NCBI GenBank assembly: GCA_009859145.1
Contig: VRVR01000028.1
Span: 250,057-314,056, forward strand
From: Andalucia godoyi And28
Lineage: Eukaryota > Protista > Jakobida
DNA length: 64,000 nt
Direction: 5' to 3'
In this document: in pieces, positions 56,255-64,000 of the stretch
Position numbering within the stretch: the first letter of the stretch is position 1
Layout: every line of letters begins with the position of its first letter
Notes under the pieces: generated by a model
What the model was told of the DNA's origin: nothing
Databases searched by the model: none
What the model saw: the letters and a program-made list of their open reading frames with translations, nothing else
Translations under genes and position numbers: made by a program

Positions 56255-56892
56255 TTTATGTATCAACGTTGGACATCAAACGAAAACAACATCATACCGG
56301 GGAGTTTGTTTTACAGCATCTAACCCCATGGGAACGCGATGCTCCTACCGTAGTCACGTCCAGAATTTCTTTCATTTTTCTGCACTATTTTCTTCTTCTT
56401 TCAACTATTTTACTGATTGTTTGTGTTTTACAATCGAAAACCCTCAAGCAGACAAAGCATCGCATGGCTTCAAAGACGGATCTTCCTGACAAGCTCAAGC
56501 CGGTCATGCCCCCGGAAATAGCGAGAACCAAGAAACCCGCTGATTCCCTCTCGTCGCAACTGGATGAGCAAGCGGATGATCATCAAATTACGAAGATGTG
56601 ATCGACTGCGTTCGGAATGCGCCTTCTTTCAAGCCAGAGAAACAAGAAGGAGCAAAGACAAAAAGCGTCGTCAGGCACGGCGCCATTCGCCGACCACATT
56701 CTGCTTCCTTCCAGCGTTCATTTATTGAATGTTGAATCGATTGGGGGAATATGTCGATTGCGACGACCAGCAATCTGCATTGAAGAGGTGGTGCTCGCCC
56801 CCCCCCCAAATAAAAAAAAACAAAAAAAACATGTGGCTTGGATCTGTCGCTTATCCGATGATGATCCACAGTAATTCGTGTTTTGGCAAGCG
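56255..56892 (+). repeat. Dispersed repeat family B, long copy
   Basis: Near-identical to 40217-40800, with an extra ~60 bp near the left end. Confidence 0.95.
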
Positions 56893-57238
56893 GTCGGCCG
56901 CGATTTTTTTATTTTTTTTTTTGGCTCAAACGGACGGCGACTCAATGGACTCACACTGACATTTTCGTTCTTTTAGTTCCCCTCTCTCCTTCGGAGGGGT
57001 CAGAATTGGAGGAAAAAATGACACGCTCGGCAGTTCTGTGAAGGACGCTGTTGGTGCTGGAGAAGCAACAGGAAAAAAAAAAAATACGCGCCACCGACGC
57101 ATTCTTCTTTTCTTGGTTTTTTTTCTTCTCTTTTTTTTCTTCCGGTTTTGGTTCTTCGTCCTCTTGTCACTCGTGATCCGGTGCTGGTGCTATCTCTACA
57201 TTTCGCAATCGCCAATTTTTCTTTTAATCAAAGAAACA

Positions 57239-58600
57239 ATGTCTACTGCACTGGCTTTGCTTTCGCATCCCGACGAGCTCTGGGCAGCATTGCGGCTGCG
57301 CTTTATGCCTCCCGATGCTCCGTCTTTCTCAAAATCGACAAATCCGGATCTCGCGTTCTGCTACAGGATTCTTCGCAATGTTTCTCGGTCCTTTTCTGCA
57401 GTGATTGAAGCACTCCCGGACGGTCTGCGGGACTCTATTTGCATATTTTACCTGGTGTTACGAGCCCTGGACACAATTGAGGATGATACCGCGATCGATC
57501 GTTCTGTTCGGATCCGTGACTGCATGGCCTTTCACACGCACCTTGGAGAAGTGGGCTTTTCCTATGCCGGCTGCGGATCCGGGGATTATGAACTGTTACT
57601 GAGAGAGTATCAGCACGTGAATAATGTTTACCTCCGTCTTCCGGCAACGCATCAGGTTATTGTGAAGGACATCACCGAGAAAATGGGAAAAGGAATGGCG
57701 AAGTTTTTGGATCCGGCGACCGAGGGCGTCAAGACGTGGGATGATTGGAACGAGTACTGTCATTACGTGGCAGGGTTGGTGGGAGAGGGGTTGTCGCGAC
57801 TGTTTGCTGTGTCGGGATTTGAAGACCCTTCATTCAGCAATCTCGCAGAGTTGTCGAATGCGATGGGCTTGTTTCTCCAAAAGACGAACATTATTCGAGA
57901 TTATTTGGAGGACTTGGATGAAGAGCGGATGTTCTGGCCGTCCGATGTATGGGGCAAGTACGCGAAGAACATTGAGGACTTTGCGAGTCGCAACCCAGCG
58001 CAGCGCTCCAATGCTTTGAAATGTTTGAATGAGCTGATTACGAACGCTCTTGAGCATGCTCCTCAGAGTCTTGATTACATCTCTCGCCTGCGGCATCCTC
58101 AGGTCTTTGCATTTTGTGCAATTCCCCAAGTCATGGCCATTGGAACGCTTGCAGCATGTTACAACAATGGAAAATTGTTTGAGGGCGTCGTCAAGATCCG
58201 GAAGGGCCAGGCAGCGAAAATGATGCTCTATGCTCGCAACATGCCGGCGGTGTATTCGATCTTTTATGGGTTTGCTGCTGATATTGCGGAGAAGGTTCCT
58301 GTCACGGATCCTTCTGCAGCCAAGACGCACGCAATTTGCAGACGGATTAAAGACATGTGTGTTGCCTCTGGATCGGTAGTGCCACGTCGCGTTAGTCGAG
58401 GAAGCTCTCTTTTTGGAAAACGCATCATCCTAGCAGCCATGGCTGTTATTTCCTTTTGGGTTTTGTGGACGAACAGAAAACGGATTTCTTCGAAGCTTCG
58501 CTTGCTGACGTCTCCGGGGTCTTCTGGAGCCAAGATCATCCGCACTGTGCAACAGACTTCGAAAACAGGTGTTCGTGTAATGCAATCGCAGAGGAAATAA
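57239..58600 (+). CDS. FDFT1: Squalene synthase
   Basis: VSRSF, YLVLRALDTIEDD, YCHYVAGLVG, MGLFLQKTNIIRDYLED, FCAIPQVMAI, C-terminal TM anchor. ATG at 57239. Confidence 0.97.
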   Translation: MSTALALLSHPDELWAALRLRFMPPDAPSFSKSTNPDLAFCYRILRNVSRSFSAVIEALPDGLRDSICIFYLVLRALDTIEDDTAIDRSVRIRDCMAFHTHLGEVGFSYAGCGSGDYELLLREYQHVNNVYLRLPATHQVIVKDITEKMGKGMAKFLDPATEGVKTWDDWNEYCHYVAGLVGEGLSRLFAVSGFEDPSFSNLAELSNAMGLFLQKTNIIRDYLEDLDEERMFWPSDVWGKYAKNIEDFASRNPAQRSNALKCLNELITNALEHAPQSLDYISRLRHPQVFAFCAIPQVMAIGTLAACYNNGKLFEGVVKIRKGQAAKMMLYARNMPAVYSIFYGFAADIAEKVPVTDPSAAKTHAICRRIKDMCVASGSVVPRRVSRGSSLFGKRIILAAMAVISFWVLWTNRKRISSKLRLLTSPGSSGAKIIRTVQQTSKTGVRVMQSQRK

Positions 58601-58764
58601 CATCTCCGTCGTCGTCTTGCCTACGTTGTACACTGATCATGCATTCATAGCCATCGCTGATGATGCATCGCCAGTGTTGCCCGGACTGCGTTGTGCAGTA
58701 CCGGGAAGGGGGGAATTGGCCCCAGCACGCACTTCGGCGTTCTTAAGATAAATATTGCCTGCAA

Positions 58765-59030
58765 CGCTTGCCAAAAGACTCGAATCATTGTTGGTCATCG
58801 GCTAATCTGTCATCGAAGGCAGATCGAAGCCACATGTTTTTGTTGCCCGTATTTTCAGGGCGAGCACCAACTCTTCAATGCAACGCTGGGTGGAAGCAGA
58901 GTATCGTTGGCGGCGATGCACATCGCATGCACAATTCTAAAGTGAGGAACGAAGAACTTCTGGACCTGACTCAAACAAAAATTCCTGGTATGGTGTTGTT
59001 CGTTTGAATGTTCAATGATGACCCACAAAC
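58765..59030 (-). repeat. Family B, inverted copy keeping both ends with the middle deleted
   Basis: Reverse complement gives ttgaacattcaaacgaacaacaccatacc..gtcaggtccagaag and gcattgaagagttggtgctcgccc..aaaacatgtggcttcgatctg..ttttggcaagcg. Confidence 0.85.
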
Positions 59031-59206
59031 CGGTCAACCGTAGTCTAGCGAGCGTCACGCGACACCCTCTTCGCGTCGACAAACATCGACAAGGGATGCC
59101 GAACTGCAAGAAAGAGAGAAGAATTGGTCAGGAGAATCGTTTGCTTCCCGCATTGCTCGTCAGCACTGCGCCGCTTTGGCAAGCGCCTGCGCACACTGCA
59201 GAAAAC

Positions 59207-61264
59207 ATGGGAGACGTTCGGTCCAATATCACGGTCATTGCCAGATGTCGGCCGCTGATTGCCGCGGAAACTGCGGAGACTGCTGAAAACGAAGGTTCCG
59301 ATCGATTACTGAAGGCACTGCTACCGGATCGTTCTGTTCTTCTCTTCGACCGCACTGATTCAGGACCGCGTTTTTGCAGAAGGTTTGTATTTGACAATGT
59401 ATTCACGGACGAATCGACGCAAGATAATATTTTTTCTGGCTGTGTATCTCCGCTGATCCGTCGAGCACTGGAAGGATTCAATGCGACAGTGTTTGCATAC
59501 GGCCAAACCGGAAGTGGAAAAACGTACACTATGGAAGGATATGCATACACAAACGCCCGCTCCAAACCGAAAATTGACATTGAAAGTACCGTCCCCGAGC
59601 AACTTGGAATAGTGCCGCGAGCAATTACGTTCCTTTTCGATGAAATCGAGAATCTCCGGAGTGAAAACAGCGGGACAGAGGTTTCTTTGTCTTGCTCGTT
59701 TTTGCAGATCTACAACGAGCGAGTGTACGATCTGTTGAGCGACTTTTCTGCTGCCGAGCCCGTTGATAAGCAGCCTATTTTGAAAGTTCGATGGGCACCT
59801 GGAGATACGTTTTTTGTGGAAGGTCTGACCAACCAGCCTGTGGGTTCATCAGCATCCATGGCAATGTGGTATCATCGGGGCCTGCGTCAGCGCGCAACCG
59901 CGTCGCACAGTCTCAATGCAAATTCTTCAAGATCGCATTCCATCTTTCAAATTTATATATCGAGAACAGAAAAGAAATCGGCAGATGCTGACCTAACCGG
60001 TCGACAGAGCGCGTTGTCATTTGTGGATCTAGCGGGCTCTGAAAAGCTGTCTGTGATATCAGACAATCCTCAAGATAGCTTACGAAGGGAACACGCAGAC
60101 ATTAATCAGTCGCTTTTCGCTCTTGGCAAAGTCATCTCTTCCCTTTATCGCACGAATCACGCGGACAAAGGACGGAAACGAGGAGATCGGCAGAGAAAAT
60201 CGGCCTTGCACACTTCTCCGGTTTCGCGATTGCACATTCCCTACCGGGATTCCGTGCTTACGAAGCTTCTAAAAGAGTCTTTGGGAGGCAATTCGCTGAC
60301 TGTAATGATTGCATGTTTGTCTCCGCTGGACTCGCATTATCACGAAAATCTCAGCACGCTTCTGTATGCTGCGCGGACCCGCGCGATTCGAAATGTCCCA
60401 AAAATCAATGATTCACGCCATAGTTCTGTGGTGCACAGTCTTCAGCAAGAGATTGTGCACCTCAAGTCCGAAATCGAAGAGCTTCGTCAAGCTGTTCAGG
60501 TCAGCAATGCACTAGCGGACGTTTCCCCCAGCCGAATTGTCGTGGGAAATGATGCTTTGCTTTCGAATTCTTCGCTTACATTTGATCATGTGAAGAGTCA
60601 AATATCGGATTCCGTGAATTTAATCAAGGCATTGCTGAGCCGCAATCAAGAACTTTCCTCCACAATCGCTCAATTGCAGGAAGAAAATGCGTCGCTTTCA
60701 GCAATCAACACGGAACTGATGCTGGAGAACGACCAGCTCAGGAACATGGACTCGGATGACATCTCTTCCAAAATATTTCCGCGTTCGTCTTCTGAAGACA
60801 GTGCAATCCCTTCACTCGATGCAGCACCTGCATCGCTGACTTCAGACGAATCGTATATCACGCACGACGGCGACCTTTTCACTGGCATGTTCGTTGAGAA
60901 TGATCTGCCGCCACGTACGGAGGATCTGCCGTCCAAGACATGTCTGCAGCAGCCACCGAAAATCGCAGACGATCCAAGTTCTGCAGCACAGCTTGACGAT
61001 CCTGTACGAGCCACGTTTGCTTTCAATTCTCTAGCTCCATTCGACATTCGAAGAAGAGATCCAAATCGGACATCCGTCATTGAAGACACCCGAAGGATCT
61101 TGTATTCGGAAGGCAGCAACAACCCGAAACCAAAAGCTGCAGTACGAGCTACCAGCTCCGATAGGAAGGTAGACGAGTCTCCAAGAGTGCTCGAGCACCC
61201 GCTATATCCAGGTGCTTTTGTATCGATCCCCTCCTCTTCTTCCGTACGACCCTCGTTTTCGTGA
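59207..61264 (+). CDS. N-terminal motor kinesin, KIF12/kinesin-16-like
   Basis: [66 protein letters not shown]. Subfamily call tentative; start uncertain. Confidence 0.85.
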   Translation: MGDVRSNITVIARCRPLIAAETAETAENEGSDRLLKALLPDRSVLLFDRTDSGPRFCRRFVFDNVFTDESTQDNIFSGCVSPLIRRALEGFNATVFAYGQTGSGKTYTMEGYAYTNARSKPKIDIESTVPEQLGIVPRAITFLFDEIENLRSENSGTEVSLSCSFLQIYNERVYDLLSDFSAAEPVDKQPILKVRWAPGDTFFVEGLTNQPVGSSASMAMWYHRGLRQRATASHSLNANSSRSHSIFQIYISRTEKKSADADLTGRQSALSFVDLAGSEKLSVISDNPQDSLRREHADINQSLFALGKVISSLYRTNHADKGRKRGDRQRKSALHTSPVSRLHIPYRDSVLTKLLKESLGGNSLTVMIACLSPLDSHYHENLSTLLYAARTRAIRNVPKINDSRHSSVVHSLQQEIVHLKSEIEELRQAVQVSNALADVSPSRIVVGNDALLSNSSLTFDHVKSQISDSVNLIKALLSRNQELSSTIAQLQEENASLSAINTELMLENDQLRNMDSDDISSKIFPRSSSEDSAIPSLDAAPASLTSDESYITHDGDLFTGMFVENDLPPRTEDLPSKTCLQQPPKIADDPSSAAQLDDPVRATFAFNSLAPFDIRRRDPNRTSVIEDTRRILYSEGSNNPKPKAAVRATSSDRKVDESPRVLEHPLYPGAFVSIPSSSSVRPSFS

Positions 61265-61410
61265 CGCTACGAACGGATCATGAGCGTTGGGAGTGCAAGC
61301 CTTCTTCTCGTTGTTGAAGAACGTTCTTGCCATGTACACACGGCTGCATACGTTCTGTCGAAGCGGCCAATGTAGTAAAAAGAACGCACATTCGAGCTAT
61401 CCAAGCCATT

Positions 61411-61571
61411 TGTTGTGTCACCTAAAATAATAAAACCTATCTGATTTATTTTACGAAACAAAAGAATAAAAGAAAGAAACTGTCGGTTACACACAAATAA
61501 CGGACACGCACACAAACGGACAACTCTGTGTCGTAGTCGACATATGTCGACAACGCTACGACAGCACAACA
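61411..61571 (-). mobile_element. 3' LTR (161 bp) of the Ty3/Gypsy element
   Basis: Ends TGTTGTG...CACAACA (7-bp inverted termini). Directly follows the polypurine tract AGGGGGAAG (61572-61580, minus strand), which overlaps the pol stop. Candidate TSD is CCATT at 61406-61410. Confidence 0.9.
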
Positions 61572-61578
61572 CTTCCCC

Positions 61579-63954
61579 CTAGAGACGAAGGGACGGGTGA
61601 GCAGTCAGATACTCATCCAGAGCCTTGAGGTCTCGAACCTCTGAGAATCCGAGCCAAGTGTCATCTTCTGGACCATAACCAGACCATCGTACCCGGAACT
61701 GATAGTTCTTTTTCGATTTCGACTTCAGAGAAAGAGGCCGGTGATCTACAATGGTTTCAACCAACCATTCATCTTTGTCCGCTTCTGCAACTTGAAGCGG
61801 CGAATCGATTCTGGAACTATCAAACAATTTCAGCCTCGAAACATGAAATTCTTGCACTCGCAGATCCAATAAATCCTGGCAGGAGATCATACTTCCTGAG
61901 ACAGCGATCACAACCAGAGGACCTCGCCAGTGTGGCGACAGTTTCGAGGGAGGACGATTTGGAAAATCCACCAACACATGATCACCAACCGAGGGTACGG
62001 TATGATCTAACTTTGAATCTGCCAATCGTTTTTGAATCACTCCAGCTTGGTACCGTTTTGCTGATTCGAGAAGACGATCTTGATCCAGAACTAAATGTTG
62101 AATATACTCCTCAACGACAGTAATTTCTGACGCCCTTCCCCCCTCTTTCTTTTGAAGGATGTTTCTTGACGGCAAAACATTGTCGCCAAACATGATGCGA
62201 ATCGGGCATGTCCCTATTGCTGAATGATACGAAGAGTTAATGATACGCTGCACGAGGGGAACAACTTCGGACCAACGCGAATGGACTCGCAGGTCCATGA
62301 CAAGTGAGCGGAGGTGGCGCATAACTTCCGCATTTGCGCGTTCAACAATCCCATTAGACTGAGGTCGATAGGGGATTGTGAAGTTACGGCGTGATCCCAT
62401 GAGTGTCAGCAACTCGTCGATAATCTTTGCAGAGTATTGAGACCCATTGTCGGAACGGACTTCTTTCGGTGGACCGTATCGACCAACGATATCAAGCAGA
62501 AGGCGGGCTACTTCTTTGGCAGTACAATCTGGAGAAGCGCGTAATTCGACGAACCGGCTGAAAGCATCGATGGCGACAATTAGATACGCATTTCCGAGTT
62601 CGTCTTTTGGAAGGGGTCCGATAGTGTCCACCGCTAGAGTGTTGAACAACTCATCCACGCTTGTTGTTCGCTGGGCTGCTTCAAAACTGGCTTTGCCGAC
62701 CTGCACCTTTTGGCATGTGGCGCAACTAGCGATAAACATCGCGACGTCCGACTCCATGGACGGCCAGGTGTTGCCCTGATCGCGGAGGAGTTGGCACGTT
62801 TGCCGCACCCCCTTGTGTCCAATAACCGCGTTATGGACTGCTTCCATGCGAACTCGTGGATCATCCACCACAGCCAAACAGCGGGAAAGAGCATCCGACA
62901 CGCAGTTGGATTCTCCCGCGATATGCACGATGGAAAAATCATATTCCTGAAGTCTCAGACGCCAACGGACTAACTTTGGGGTCTGTGACTGGTGAAGGTA
63001 AACGAGATTGCGGTGGTCAGTTTCCACCACAAAGCGATGACCTAACAGGAAATGCGACAACTCGGTGATGCAATAAAATATTGCGTAGGCCTCCTGTTCG
63101 ATAGTGGACCATTTGGATTCCGTGGGAGTAAACTTCCGACTCAGGAACCAGACCGGCCGTTCCTGTCCATCGGGCGTGCGCTGTAGCAGCATTCCGCCGA
63201 TGCCGACCGTGGAAGCGTCTGTACGCAAGACAATCTCCTGCGAATAGTCGAGATGGTGCAACAGTGGGGCACTGGCGATCGCGGCTTTGAGGTTTTCGAA
63301 GGCATCTTGACACTTTTCATCCCAAATGAATGGGGAGCGCTCTGAGCATAGTGCATGGAGCGGTGCGATGATCGACGAAAAATTTCGGACGAAACTACGC
63401 ATGTAATTGACCAGCCCTATGAAAGACCGGAGCAGCGGACGCGATGACGGAGAAGTCATGGAAGCGATGACGTTTTGTTTGTCCGGAGAGATACGCAACC
63501 CATGACCACTCACTACATGACCAAGGTACACGACCTCAGAGAGACCCAGTTTGCATTTCTCTGCCTTGAGGCGAAGACCATATTCACGAAGCCGCAATAA
63601 AACAGCGCGAAGACGACTGATGAACTCCTCGGGTGTCTGCGCGTAGACACATATATCATCAACGAAGACTTCGCAGATAGAACCCACGAGTCCCGATAAC
63701 ACATCCATCATAATCTTTTGAAAATAACGCGGCGCGTTTTTCAGTCCGAATGGAATGCGAGTGTACTCGAACAATCCGGATGAAGTGGAAAACGCGGTCA
63801 ACGATCTTGCAGCTGCTGCTAAAGGCAGTTGATGAAAACCCGAACGAAGATCCATGGTACCGAATATCTGCATGCCCGACAAATACGGAAAATGGTCCAC
63901 AGCACCTTTTCTGAGGTAGTGCTGCGGACTGGTAGAGTCGGGGACGGCGAGCAA
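61579..63954 (-). mobile_element. Ty3/Gypsy chromovirus pol: RT (N-terminally truncated), RNase H, integrase, chromodomain
   Basis: DLRSGFHQ, PFGLKNAP, VFVDD, TDAS, TDHRNL, H-H/C-C zinc finger, DTIGP/SDNG/VERAN DDE, then WLVETIVDHR...FRVRWSGYGPEDDTW. Confidence 0.97.
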
Positions 63955-64000
63955 TCTGGCACACGATTATCGCCTGGGGACGACGCCGTTCAGGAGTTAT

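Noticed and set aside
58765-59185. 11-bp inverted pair CGCTTGCCAAA/TTTGGCAAGCG, suggesting a MITE
   Set aside because: The other family-B copies have the motif at one end only, and no TSD is visible.

Overview
Gene-dense, intron-poor nuclear DNA from a flagellated unicellular eukaryote (about 50% GC coding, AT-rich spacers, canonical GT-AG introns near gene 5' ends). I cannot assign the species from sequence alone. About 24 protein-coding genes are present: partial VPS54, glutamine-dependent NAD+ synthetase, glutamine synthetase II, an internally duplicated glutaminase, a Myb factor, glycogen debranching enzyme, HAD 5'-nucleotidase, SAM-kinesin-13, a multi-TM PAS adenylyl cyclase, two Amt ammonium transporters, a bacterial-type KAS III homolog, CCDC33-like, GAR1, COX17, RBM42, RAD6, MKS1, TRAPPC2, CCDC57, a DOCK GEF, squalene synthase, a KIF12-like kinesin and two orphans. 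There is also a chromodomain Ty3/Gypsy element with its 3' LTR and two families of short dispersed repeats. Best leads: (1) a glutamine locus where GS and glutaminase are head-to-head, and the glutaminase is a two-module protein whose second catalytic domain has lost the S-x-x-K nucleophile motif; (2) a KAS III homolog with a Cys/GHxGxxD signature of actinomycete acyltransferases, lying between the two Amt genes; (3) a 6-nt microexon needed to build the conserved LEAG motif of Amt2; (4) a recently copied (about 99% identical) repeat without TIRs, LTRs or tail. All protein identities come from motif recognition, not database searches.
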